Both the position numbers and the translations under genes were made by a program. A model generated the notes under the pieces. It saw nothing but the letters and a program-made list of their open reading frames with translations. It was not told the origin of the DNA and ran no database searches. A stretch of 63,144 nucleotides of DNA, the filler included, from Actinomycetota bacterium (GTDB taxonomy: Bacteria > Actinomycetota > Actinomycetes > JAKEEW01), in the NCBI GenBank assembly GCA_046725875.1. It is 5 parts of 5 records of this genome, joined end to end, with 100 filler letters (N's around TTAATTAATTAA, not from the genome) between each part and the next. Parts side by side here need not be neighbours in the genome. Positions count along the whole stretch, not along the records: positions 50,131 to 63,144 come from JBKOZJ010000028.1; 4 more parts are not named here. One strand, 5' to 3'. Below, piece after piece: positions 51,889 through 60,875 of this stretch (position 1 is its first letter; each line of letters begins with the position of its first letter).

Positions 51889-52806
51889 ATGCCGGAACGC
51901 GTCGCGGTCGAGGTGGACGGGCGCCGGCTGGGCTTGTCGAATCTGGACAAGGTCCTCTACCCGGAGACCGGGTTCACTAAGGCCGAGGTTATCGACTACT
52001 ACACCCGAATAGCGCCGGTCATCCTCCCTCACGTCGCCGGCCGGCCGGCTACCCGCAAGCGCTATCCCGACGGTGTCGAAGGCCAGTCCTTCTTCGAGAA
52101 GAACGCACCGTCCCATACCCCGAGCTGGGTGCGTACGGTCACCTTGCCGGTCCCCGGCAGCACCAAGGACCGGGAGGTCATCGACTACATCGTGGTGGAC
52201 GACCGGCCTACGCTGGTCTGGCTGGGCAACCTCGCCGCCCTCGAGCTGCACGTTCCGCAGTGGACGGTGGACCGGCAGGGCGACGCCCGCCCGTCCAACC
52301 TGCTGGTCTTCGATCTCGACCCTGGTCCCCCGGCGACGATCGTCGAGTGTTCAGAGGTGGCGCTGTTGCTGCGCGAGCTGCTCGAGGATGACGGACTCGG
52401 GCCGCTTCCCAAGACCTCGGGGTCGAAGGGGATGCAGCTGTACGCGGCAATCCGGCCCGCGGACGGCGACCAGACCTCGGCGTATGCGAAGGCACTCGCC
52501 GATCAGCTCGCCCGCAAGCAGCCGGACCTGATCGTCAGCCAGATGGCAAAGCGGCTCCGCCCAGGAAAGGTCTTCATCGACTGGAGCCAGAACAACGCCG
52601 CCAAGACCACGGTTGCCCCCTACTCCTTGCGTGCGAGATCACTCCCGACCGTCTCCACGCCGATCACCTGGGACGAGGTCGAAGCCTGCGACTCACCAGA
52701 GGACCTGCGCTTTCTCACATCCAGCGTGCTGGATCGTGTTGCGAGTACGGGCGACCTCTTCGAGCCGTTGCGGTCCGGCCGCCGCCCCGCTCTTCCCACC
52801 CGCTGA
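51889..52806 (+). CDS. ligD: LigD-type primase-polymerase (stand-alone Pol domain)
   Basis: LSNLDKVLYP, RYPDG, FFEKN, FDLDP, KTSGSKG.Q, IDWSQN, PYSLR. Confidence 0.92.
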   Translation: MPERVAVEVDGRRLGLSNLDKVLYPETGFTKAEVIDYYTRIAPVILPHVAGRPATRKRYPDGVEGQSFFEKNAPSHTPSWVRTVTLPVPGSTKDREVIDYIVVDDRPTLVWLGNLAALELHVPQWTVDRQGDARPSNLLVFDLDPGPPATIVECSEVALLLRELLEDDGLGPLPKTSGSKGMQLYAAIRPADGDQTSAYAKALADQLARKQPDLIVSQMAKRLRPGKVFIDWSQNNAAKTTVAPYSLRARSLPTVSTPITWDEVEACDSPEDLRFLTSSVLDRVASTGDLFEPLRSGRRPALPTR

Positions 52807-52910
52807 ACGTTGCTCTCCCCAGCTATTAAGCGGTTGCTGTGCGGGGACACTTCGCGGGTTGCGACCTCTCCACAGGTGAAGGCCCGTTCGCTGCTCGTGG
52901 GCTAGGACGA

Positions 52911-52926
52911 CCTACGGAACCGTAGG
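52911..52926. promoter_or_regulatory. Perfect palindrome, candidate TetR operator
   Basis: CCTACGG-AA-CCGTAGG upstream of the TetR gene. Confidence 0.6.
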
Positions 52927-53008
52927 ATATGGAGCGACCGCCGGGCCAGCCGTGATGTCTCTTGACAGCCGAGGCGCTGGCGGCCCGCTCGAGTGTGGGA
53001 GGCGGCCC

Positions 53009-53662
53009 GTGACGGCAGTGGACGAAGCCAGGCAGCGCAGCACCCGAATGTCGCGACCGGCGCGGCGGCTGCAGCTGCTCGGCGCGGCCCAGGAGGTGTT
53101 TGTCGCCCAGGGCTATCACGCTGCGGCGATGGACGACATCGCCGACCGGGCAGGCGTCAGCAAGCCGGTGCTCTATCAGCACTTCCCGGGCAAGCTCGAG
53201 CTCTATCTCGCGCTGCTCGAGCAGCACAGCGAGGCGCTGGTCGGCGCGGTTAAAGCGGCGCTCGACTCCACGCACGACAACAAACAACGGGTCGCCGCCA
53301 CCATGCAGGCCTACTTCGACTTCGTCGACAGCCACGGCGGTGCCTTCCGCCTTGTATTCGAATCAGACCTGATGAATGAGCCGGCCGTCCGCGAGCGGGT
53401 GGAGCGCGCGACGCAGCAGTGCGCCGAGGTCATCAGCGCACTGATCGCCGAAGATGCGGGTCTGTCCGCCGATGAGTCGATGTTGCTCGCCGTCGGGCTC
53501 GTCGGCCTGGCGCAGGTGACGGCGCGCTATTGGCTTGCCGCGACCGGAGGTATTCCACGGGATCACGCCGCCGAGCTGGTCGCCAACCTAGCCTGGAGAG
53601 GGATCAGGGGCTTCCCCCGACGGGAGGTCGATCACCCGGCATCGGATTCGACCAGCGGATAA
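53009..53662 (+). CDS. TetR/AcrR regulator (Rv3208/FasR-like by synteny)
   Basis: GYHAAAMDDIADRAGVSKPVLYQHFPGKL, AFRLVFESDL, LAWRGI.GFP. Confidence 0.92.
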   Translation: MTAVDEARQRSTRMSRPARRLQLLGAAQEVFVAQGYHAAAMDDIADRAGVSKPVLYQHFPGKLELYLALLEQHSEALVGAVKAALDSTHDNKQRVAATMQAYFDFVDSHGGAFRLVFESDLMNEPAVRERVERATQQCAEVISALIAEDAGLSADESMLLAVGLVGLAQVTARYWLAATGGIPRDHAAELVANLAWRGIRGFPRREVDHPASDSTSG

Positions 53663-53738
53663 CCTGCCTAGAGGTGCCAACCGGGCTCACTATGTCGTCG
53701 CCGAGAGGCGGATTCAGCACGCTCTGGAGGAACAGGCG

Positions 53739-53966
53739 GTGGAGGTCAAGGTCGGTGTACAGAACGCGGCGCGGGAGCTCGTACTCGAGAGCGGCCAGTC
53801 TGCCGACGACATCGAGAAGGCGGTGGCGGCAGCACTCGGAAAGTCGGACGGCATTCTGACGCTGACGGACGAGCGTGGGCGCAAAGTGCTTGTGCCCGCT
53901 GACAGGCTCGCCTACGTCGAGATCGGGGAACAGGTAGAGCGCCGAGTCGGCTTCGGCGCGATGTGA
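53739..53966 (+). CDS. DUF3107 domain protein
   Basis: MEVKVGV....REL..ES, LTDERGR, AYVEIG, RRVGF. Confidence 0.92.
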   Translation: MEVKVGVQNAARELVLESGQSADDIEKAVAAALGKSDGILTLTDERGRKVLVPADRLAYVEIGEQVERRVGFGAM

Positions 53967-54096
53967 CGGCCAGCCGAGCCACAGCCAGCTTTCTGCCCGG
54001 GCAAACGCCGCTCCTTGTCGTAGGGCTAGACCGTCTTGAGGCCCTCGCCCCTTCTGTTCCGCCATCGGACGACCGAAGGGCCGACGCCGGCTCCTG

Positions 54097-54834
54097 TCAG
54101 GGGGCCAAGCCGAGCGCGGCCATCCGCCGGCTGTGGGCATCGGTTATCCGGGCGAACATGCGGCCCACCTCGGCCAGGTCCAACCCGTGCTCGGTGAGGT
54201 TGCCGGCGAGCAGCTCGGACAGCGCGTCTCGCTCGGCGGCCACCCGCTGGGCCTGACTCAGCGCCTCGCCGACGAGGCGCCGCCCCCACAGCACGAGCCG
54301 CCCGGCGAGGCGCCGATCCGACTCCATCGCGGACCGAACCCGATCCAAGGCGAACTTCGAGTGTCCGGTGTCGTCGAGCACCTCGAGTACGAGGAGACGG
54401 GTGTCGTCGTCGACGAGAGCGGCGATCTCTCGGTAGAAGTCGGCCGCAATGCCGTCTCCGACGTAGGCCTTGACCAGGCCCTCGAACCAGTCGCTTGGAG
54501 CGGTGCGGCGGTGGAACTCCTCGAAGGCGTCGACGAACGGGCTCATCGCAGACTCCGGCTCCACCCCGAGCTCGGCCAGCCGGGCCCGCAGCTTCTCGTG
54601 GTGATGGAACTCCGCGACCGCCATCGCCGCAAGCGCGCTACGGTCTTCGAGGCTCGGTGCCATCCGCGCGTCCTCGGCCAGCCGCTCGAATGCGGTCAGC
54701 TCGCCAAGCGCGAGCGCTCCGAGCAAGTCGACGACCGCGGACAGGTGGCGGCCGGCCCAACCGGGCCCGTCCTCGAACGTACGCTCGGGACGGTCGCCCC
54801 CGGCGTCCTCCACCGGCAGCTGGTCCTCATTCAT
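54097..54834 (-). CDS. Ferritin-like fold protein (MiaE-like)
   Basis: GELTAFERLA.DA..AP, EGLVKAYVGDG.AADFY, WGRRL.GEA. Confidence 0.88.
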   Translation of the reverse strand: MNEDQLPVEDAGGDRPERTFEDGPGWAGRHLSAVVDLLGALALGELTAFERLAEDARMAPSLEDRSALAAMAVAEFHHHEKLRARLAELGVEPESAMSPFVDAFEEFHRRTAPSDWFEGLVKAYVGDGIAADFYREIAALVDDDTRLLVLEVLDDTGHSKFALDRVRSAMESDRRLAGRLVLWGRRLVGEALSQAQRVAAERDALSELLAGNLTEHGLDLAEVGRMFARITDAHSRRMAALGLAP

Positions 54835-54857
54835 GGGGACGCAGCGTAGTGCTGGCG

Positions 54858-54920
54858 AGGACACTGCTGAATAACCTCGCCCGTCGCGCAGCAGGGTGGG
54901 GTTGTTCAGCAGCGAGCTAG
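54858..54920. mobile_element. Miniature inverted-repeat element (IS-end-derived)
   Basis: 19-bp stem CTGCTGAATAACCTCGCCC / GGGTGGGGTTGTTCAGCAG with 11-nt loop; ends in CTAG; partial second copy at 26420. Confidence 0.55.
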
Positions 54921-55018
54921 GCTTCCTGGACGTGTGCGGCCAGGGTGGAGCCGCGACGATAGGATTGGCGTTGCAGAGTGCCACTAAGGCACCCGGTTGA
55001 TCTTGACAAGGACTTGTT

Positions 55019-56584
55019 CTGACCACTTTTAGAGACCTGGGCATAAGCCCGCAAATTGCGGACGCGCTCGACGAGGTCGGCATCACACATCCCTTCCCCA
55101 TCCAGGAGATGACCCTTCCCATCGCCATGCTCGGCACCGACGTGATCGGCCAGGCGCGAACTGGAACTGGGAAGACACTCGCGTTCGGGATTCCGATGCT
55201 CCAGCGCATCATCCCGCCGCCGGATCCGGCATTCGACGACTTGGCTGCGCCAGGAAAACCCCAGGCTCTCGTCGTCGTGCCGACCCGCGAGCTCGCCCTA
55301 CAGGTAGCCGGCGACCTCAAGCTTGCCGGCGGCCGGTCTGGCGCCCGCCTGGTGACCCTTTACGGAGGGCGCGCCTACGAGCCACAGACGGAGGCGTTGA
55401 GGGCTGGCATAGAGATCGTCGTCGGTACCCCCGGTCGGCTACTCGACCTCGCCGACCAAGGTCACCTAGACCTGGCCCACGTGAAGATCCTCGTGCTCGA
55501 CGAAGCAGACGAGATGCTCGACCTTGGCTTCCTCCCGGACGTCGAGAAGATCATGGGGCTGGTCCCGGAGAACCGCCAGACCCTGCTCTTTTCGGCAACG
55601 ATGCCGGCGGAGGTCGTCTCGCTGGCGCGACGCTACCTCCGGCAGGCGACCAACATCCGTGCCGAAGGCACCGACGAGATGGCCACCGTGCCTCAGACGG
55701 TTCAGCATGTCTTCCGGGCGCATGCGCTGGACAAGATCGAGCTCTTGGCCCGCATTCTCCAGGCCGAGGACCGCGGCTTGACGATGATCTTCTGCCAAAC
55801 CAAGCGGACCGCTCAACAGCTCGCCGACCAGCTCGGCGAGCGCGGGTTTGCTGTCGCCGCCGTCCACGGCGATCTCGGCCAGGCGGCCCGCGAGCAGGCG
55901 CTGCGCGCCTTTCGAAGCGGAAAGGTGGACGTCCTGGTCGCAACGGACGTCGCGGCTCGTGGGATCGACGTCGAGGGTGTCACCCATGTGATCAACTACC
56001 AGTGTCCGGACGACGCGAAGACCTATCTGCACCGAATCGGCCGGACCGGGCGGGCCGGTGCGTCCGGCGTCGCGGTGACCCTTGTCGACTGGGCGGACTT
56101 GCATCGGTGGTCCCTGATCAACGGCGCCCTCGGGCTGTCATTCGACGAGCCGATTGAGACCTACTCCACCTCAGAGCACCTCTACGACGTGCTCGGTATT
56201 CCAAGCGATGCGAGCGGCGTGCTCCCGGCGAACCGGCGGAGCCGGGCGGGGCTCGCGGCGGAGCAGGTCGAGGACCTCGGTGCGCCGGAGGCCGCGCGCA
56301 GGCGCCGTGGAAGGCGAGGCGGCCGCTCCCGAGCCGGAGAGGCCCGGCCACGCGGCCGGCCCGCGGGTAACCGGGGCCGATCGAGTACGGCCGACGCGAA
56401 CCGCAAGGGGGTCGACCGCGGACGGGCCTCGAGCACAGGAGAGGGAGCCCAGAAGCGGCCCACCGGCGGTGCGGTGGTCAGCACTGACAGCGACGACGGG
56501 TCGGTTCAGCCTCAGCGCGTCGTTCGACGCCGGCGTCGGCTCCGCGGCGGCAAACCCCTGGTTACTGAGCCACCGCCGGCCTGA
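55019..56584 (+). CDS. DEAD-box RNA helicase, probable CTG start
   Basis: TFRDLG, Q motif PFPIQ, TGTGKT, PTRELA, DEAD, SAT, HRIGRTGRAG; Arg-rich tail. Confidence 0.93.
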   Translation: MTTFRDLGISPQIADALDEVGITHPFPIQEMTLPIAMLGTDVIGQARTGTGKTLAFGIPMLQRIIPPPDPAFDDLAAPGKPQALVVVPTRELALQVAGDLKLAGGRSGARLVTLYGGRAYEPQTEALRAGIEIVVGTPGRLLDLADQGHLDLAHVKILVLDEADEMLDLGFLPDVEKIMGLVPENRQTLLFSATMPAEVVSLARRYLRQATNIRAEGTDEMATVPQTVQHVFRAHALDKIELLARILQAEDRGLTMIFCQTKRTAQQLADQLGERGFAVAAVHGDLGQAAREQALRAFRSGKVDVLVATDVAARGIDVEGVTHVINYQCPDDAKTYLHRIGRTGRAGASGVAVTLVDWADLHRWSLINGALGLSFDEPIETYSTSEHLYDVLGIPSDASGVLPANRRSRAGLAAEQVEDLGAPEAARRRRGRRGGRSRAGEARPRGRPAGNRGRSSTADANRKGVDRGRASSTGEGAQKRPTGGAVVSTDSDDGSVQPQRVVRRRRRLRGGKPLVTEPPPA

Positions 56585-56613
56585 TCAACAGGGTGTATGT
56601 CAGTGCTCTGCCG

Positions 56614-56635
56614 TGTCGGTCGTGCGGTGTTGAAT
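56614..56635 (+). promoter_or_regulatory. PafBC-like promoter variant
   Basis: TGTCGG-N10-TTGAAT (one mismatch in the -10), 7 nt before ATG 56643. Confidence 0.45.
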
Positions 56636-56642
56636 TCAGGGC

Positions 56643-57500
56643 ATGGCGTTTTCTGCCGGGCCGACCGGTCAGCTTGAGTTCGAAGGTATGCCGCGGCGGC
56701 TCTACCCTGCGTATCCATCGCGGCTGACCAGCTGGATCGACTGCCCGCGCCGCTTCCGCTTGGCCTATCTCGACCGGCCGACGCCGACCAAGGGCCCGCC
56801 ATGGGCGCACAACAGCCTCGGGGCAAGCGTCCATCTCGCTCTTGCCGCATGGTGGCGCCGGCCGCTGCGTGAGCGGACCCCGGTCGCGGCGAGGAGGCTG
56901 CTCCACGAGAACTGGCTCGCGGACGGGTATCGCGACGCCACGCAGTCGGCCGAGATGCGGGCGTGGGCAGCCGACATGGTCGAGAAGTATGTTCGCGGCC
57001 TCGACCCAGCTCACGAACCCGTCGGTATCGAACGGGTGGTGGCTACCCGGACCGACGTGGTCGCGCTGAGCGGGCGAGTGGACCGGATCGACGAGCGAGG
57101 CGACGAGCTCGTCGTTGTCGACTACAAGACCGGGCGGCACGTCCTCAGTGCCGACGACGCACGCGGATCGCTCGCGCTCGCCGCGTATGCACTTGCCGCC
57201 GAGCGCACACTGCACCGCCGCTGCCGCACGGTCGAGCTGCATCACCTGCCCACCGGCACCGTGGTCGCCTGGAGCCACGGCGACGGAGCCCTCCAGCGCC
57301 ACCTGCGCCGCATCGAAGACATCGCCGCAGAATGCCGGGCGGCGGAGAAGGCGTTCAACGACGGCCTGACGGACATGGATCAAGTCTTCCCGCCCCGGGT
57401 CGGCCCGCGGTGCGCTTGGTGCGACTTCGCGCGGCATTGCCCAGAGGGAGCCCTTGCGTTTCCCACCAAGCAACCGTGGGCTGGCCTTCCGGACCCGTGA
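56643..57500 (+). CDS. RecB-family PD-(D/E)XK nuclease with four-Cys Fe-S-type motif
   Basis: PSRL....DCPRRF, G.SVH, GRVDRID, VVDYKTG, CAWCDF..HC. Confidence 0.9.
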   Translation: MAFSAGPTGQLEFEGMPRRLYPAYPSRLTSWIDCPRRFRLAYLDRPTPTKGPPWAHNSLGASVHLALAAWWRRPLRERTPVAARRLLHENWLADGYRDATQSAEMRAWAADMVEKYVRGLDPAHEPVGIERVVATRTDVVALSGRVDRIDERGDELVVVDYKTGRHVLSADDARGSLALAAYALAAERTLHRRCRTVELHHLPTGTVVAWSHGDGALQRHLRRIEDIAAECRAAEKAFNDGLTDMDQVFPPRVGPRCAWCDFARHCPEGALAFPTKQPWAGLPDP

Positions 57501-57529
57501 AATCGCGCGCGCATGCGGCCGGCGAACCG

Positions 57530-57937
57530 TCAGTACGGACCGCGGCCGTTCGACGAGGGTTGCCAGACGAGATCGAGCTCGAACCAGACGTATTTCCCAC
57601 CCAACGCCGATTCCGCCCAACCCCAGCGGGTGGCGAGGTGATCCACAAGTTGCAGGCCACGACCACTTTGCATGCCCGTGCCATCCTCCCGCTTGCGCGG
57701 CGCGCCCTCGGGGTTGCAGTCGTGAACCTCGACCCGGATGCCGGTCAAGATGTCGCGAGCGATCATCTCCAGCGGTGGATGGCCGTGCAGGAGGGCGTTG
57801 GTCACAAGCTCGCTCACGAGCAGCGCAGCAACCTGGTCAGAATCTTTGAGGCCCCAGTTATCAAGCCGAGAGGCCACCAGCCGTCGCGCACGCCCGACCT
57901 CGGCCGGGTCGTCACGCAGGACGGTGTGGAGCTCCAC
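57530..57937 (-). CDS. RsbW-like HATPase_c ATP-binding protein
   Basis: LLVSELVTNALLHG, RVEVHD, SGRGLQLV..LA.RWG, GK.VWFEL. Confidence 0.9.
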   Translation of the reverse strand: MELHTVLRDDPAEVGRARRLVASRLDNWGLKDSDQVAALLVSELVTNALLHGHPPLEMIARDILTGIRVEVHDCNPEGAPRKREDGTGMQSGRGLQLVDHLATRWGWAESALGGKYVWFELDLVWQPSSNGRGPY

Positions 57938-58110
57938 GGCTTACGTCCCCTTTCACGGCGAGGCTACTCGCCCGAACGGACCCAAACAGCCCATTCTCTC
58001 CATTTGCTCCGCCCGTGTCTCCCCTCGTGAGCGGCCTCGGCATACGACTCGCCATGGGCCCCTGCCGCGGCTGGTCGCTCCGCGACCCTGTGACACGCTC
58101 GCAGGGTTGA

Positions 58111-58977
58111 TCATGACCGGCCCAAATCCGTCTCAAACCAGAAGCGCGCGAACAGTCGCGCGCTCGCGATCGGATCGTCCACGGCCGGGGAGTGGCCGGT
58201 GCCCGGGATCTCGGCGAGCTCTGCCTGCAGCCGCCGGGCCATGTCCCGCTGCTCGTCCAGCGGCCAGGCATCATCCAACTCGCCGAAAGCAACCAGCACT
58301 GGTACGCGCGCGGCGGCGAGCGCACCCGTCCGGTCGTCGGCCGACAGCAGCTCCCGGGACACCGCCAGCAAGCCCGCCTGGTTGTTCAATATGAAGCGTT
58401 TGCGGAGAAAGTCGCAAATTTCCGCGCGAGGCAGTGGCTCCCCCTGAGCCGCCGCGAATGACTCTCGGAGCGACTGAACCGTCGCCAGGTCGTACTGCTC
58501 GAGCGCCGCGAGCTGCAGCTTCACCCGGTCTGCGGCCGGTCCCGAGATTGCGGCCGGACCGCCGCACACCAACGTGAGCGAGCGGACAAGGGTCGGCCGG
58601 GCGATTGCGGCCTCGCGCGAAATGAGCCCGCCGAACGAATGACCAAGCAGATGTACTGGTCCGCGGCCGATCTCCCCGATCAATGCCACGACATCGGCAC
58701 CCTGCTCGGTTGGGTGGTAGGCGGCTGCGTCATCCGGGCCGGGTGTTTCGTACTGTCCGCGTGGATCGACCGCGACCACGTTGACTCCGACCGCGGCCAG
58801 CGGCTCGAGGATTGCGATGAAGTCCTCCTTGGAGCCGCAGTAGCCGGGAACCAGCAGGGCTGTGCTGCGAATTTGATCGGGCGGCGTTGCCACGAGCGCC
58901 GCGAACTCGCCGCGCTCGGTGGTGATGCGCTCGGCCCGGGCGCCCTTCGGTAGGTCGAGAAACGGCGGCGTGCTCAC
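58111..58977 (-). CDS. Alpha/beta hydrolase
   Basis: MS.PPFL.LP, LVPGY.GSKEDF, GHSFGG, GHSP. Confidence 0.9.
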   Translation of the reverse strand: MSTPPFLDLPKGARAERITTERGEFAALVATPPDQIRSTALLVPGYCGSKEDFIAILEPLAAVGVNVVAVDPRGQYETPGPDDAAAYHPTEQGADVVALIGEIGRGPVHLLGHSFGGLISREAAIARPTLVRSLTLVCGGPAAISGPAADRVKLQLAALEQYDLATVQSLRESFAAAQGEPLPRAEICDFLRKRFILNNQAGLLAVSRELLSADDRTGALAAARVPVLVAFGELDDAWPLDEQRDMARRLQAELAEIPGTGHSPAVDDPIASARLFARFWFETDLGRS

Positions 58978-59050
58978 GGGCGAACGCTACCCGGCGCTCC
59001 CCGGCGCCGGCACATGCCGGAGCCCGGCCGGCCGCCGCACCGTTCGCGGC

Positions 59051-59674
59051 CTAGAGTCGCGGGCACAGGGCGCCGGTGGGCAGGTCGAGGGACAAGCCGG
59101 CATCCCGCGCGTCCACCAGTGTCAGCGGAGCGAGCATGACCAGGTCGGTTGTCTCCGGCCACAGGACGAGCCAGAGCCAGACGCCGCCGGCGGCGCCGGC
59201 GTAGGCGGACTGCCCATCCGGGCCGGCTACCGACCAGAGCGGCGTCGGATGGCCGGACGCCTCGATCTTGGCATCTGCCGGGCTGTTGGCCAGCTGCTCG
59301 CCCGGATCTGGACCTGAACAGCAGGCGTAGCGAGCGCCAAGTCCAATCCCCAGCTCCTCCGCGACCAGTACGAGATCGCCGGTGCCGCCGAGGGGGTTCG
59401 GACCGGTACACGCGGTCGCGACCGCGCGGACGCTGCTCCGCTCGTCTCCGACCCAGGTCAGACCCGTGACGAGCCACCCGGCCGGCAACGGCCACGGGAC
59501 CCACACCGGCACCGTCGAGTGAGTCGCCAACCAGCGCAGATGCTCCCCCGTCGGTAGCACCGGCGGCGCCATCGGCTGGACATCACCGTGGACTGCGCAC
59601 CGCCAGGCGCTCGAGAACATCCCCGGAGCGCGCAACGGCACGCCGCAGCGGGGGCACTTGGCGTCGGCAGTCAT
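59051..59674 (-). CDS. DUF6758 family protein
   Basis: CPRC...W.C..HG, W.PWPLP.GW, VAEE.G.GLGARYA. Confidence 0.8.
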   Translation of the reverse strand: MTADAKCPRCGVPLRAPGMFSSAWRCAVHGDVQPMAPPVLPTGEHLRWLATHSTVPVWVPWPLPAGWLVTGLTWVGDERSSVRAVATACTGPNPLGGTGDLVLVAEELGIGLGARYACCSGPDPGEQLANSPADAKIEASGHPTPLWSVAGPDGQSAYAGAAGGVWLWLVLWPETTDLVMLAPLTLVDARDAGLSLDLPTGALCPRL

Positions 59675-59819
59675 GTCAAATGCAACGGTTGCGCCCCGTC
59701 CGGACGGCCGTCAAGTGCCCCACAGTTCCATCCCCAGCGACCGATTGCGCACCCGTCCCCAGCAGCCATCCGGCGAACCCTCGGAGCAGAAGGATCAGCT
59801 GCGTGTCACGATCGAGTAC

Positions 59820-60239
59820 GTGGACGAACAGCGCCTGATCCCATGCATAGGAGCGATTATCAAGGACGACGAAGACCGCCTACTGCTCGTGCTCCGGGCG
59901 CACCCACCCGGCGAGAACCTGTGGTCGATACCGGGTGGCCGAGTCGAGCCCGGTGAGACCGATGCGGAGGCCGTCGTGCGCGAGGTCCGCGAGGAGACCG
60001 GACTCGTGGTAGAGGTTGGCGCGCTCGCCGGCCAGGTCAGCCGGCCGGGTCTGGGCGGTGCCGTCCTCGAGATTGCCGATTACTTGTGCCGACCGGTCGG
60101 CGGCACGTTGCAGTCCGGTGACGATGCCGCCGCCGTTCGCTGGGTGACCAGGGACGAGCTGTCCGGCCTTCCGCTTACCGACGGCCTCGTCGATGCACTG
60201 ATCGCCTGGGGCGTCGTACACCCCGACCCGTCCTGGTAG
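59820..60239 (+). CDS. NUDIX hydrolase
   Basis: Nudix box GGRVEPGETDAEAVVREVREETGL; start uncertain. Confidence 0.9.
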   Translation: MDEQRLIPCIGAIIKDDEDRLLLVLRAHPPGENLWSIPGGRVEPGETDAEAVVREVREETGLVVEVGALAGQVSRPGLGGAVLEIADYLCRPVGGTLQSGDDAAAVRWVTRDELSGLPLTDGLVDALIAWGVVHPDPSW

Positions 60240-60334
60240 AACGGCCGGCCCCGAGTGACGCCTGGGTCCCTTCTCCGCCGCGTGGCTTGGCGGAAGGGTG
60301 CCTGCTACCCGCGGTGCCTGACGAGGAGCCCTGC

Positions 60335-60841
60335 TTATCGCGTCGCCTTAGGCTCCGGGCGGCCGGGCTGCTCGCCGCGCTCCGCGTCGTACTCCCGTTT
60401 CGGAACCATGACCCGGCGCCGGAAGACGCACACGAGGGTGCCGTCCTGGTTGTAGCCGCGGGTTTCGACGTAGACGATTCCGCGGTCCGGCTTGGACGAA
60501 GACTCCTTCACGTCGATGACCGTGGTCTCACCATAGATGGTGTCGCCGTGGAACGTCGGCGCGACGTGCCGCAGCGACTCCACCTCCAGATTGGCGATCG
60601 CCTTCCCGGAGACGTCGGGAACGGACATGCCCAGGAGCAGCGAGTAAATGTAGTTGCCGACCACGACGTTCTGGCCGAACTCCGTCGCCTCCGCAGCGTA
60701 ATGCGCGTCGAGATGGAGCGGATGGTGGTTCATCGTGAGCAGGCAGAACAGGTGATCGTCGTACTCGGTTACGGTTTTGCCAGGCCAGTGCTTATAGATC
60801 GCACCGACCTCGAACTCCTCCAGATACCGCCCGAACTGCAC
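60335..60841 (-). CDS. MaoC family dehydratase
   Basis: GRYLEEFEVG..YKHWPGKTVTEYDDHLFCLLTMNHHPLH, PTFHGDTIY. Confidence 0.92.
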   Translation of the reverse strand: MQFGRYLEEFEVGAIYKHWPGKTVTEYDDHLFCLLTMNHHPLHLDAHYAAEATEFGQNVVVGNYIYSLLLGMSVPDVSGKAIANLEVESLRHVAPTFHGDTIYGETTVIDVKESSSKPDRGIVYVETRGYNQDGTLVCVFRRRVMVPKREYDAERGEQPGRPEPKATR

Positions 60842-60875
60842 TACCACGCCTCCTGATCGGCCCACGCCACGATCT

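Noticed and set aside
56643..57500. cas4 of a CRISPR system
   Set aside because: No cas1/cas2 or array; housekeeping neighbourhood
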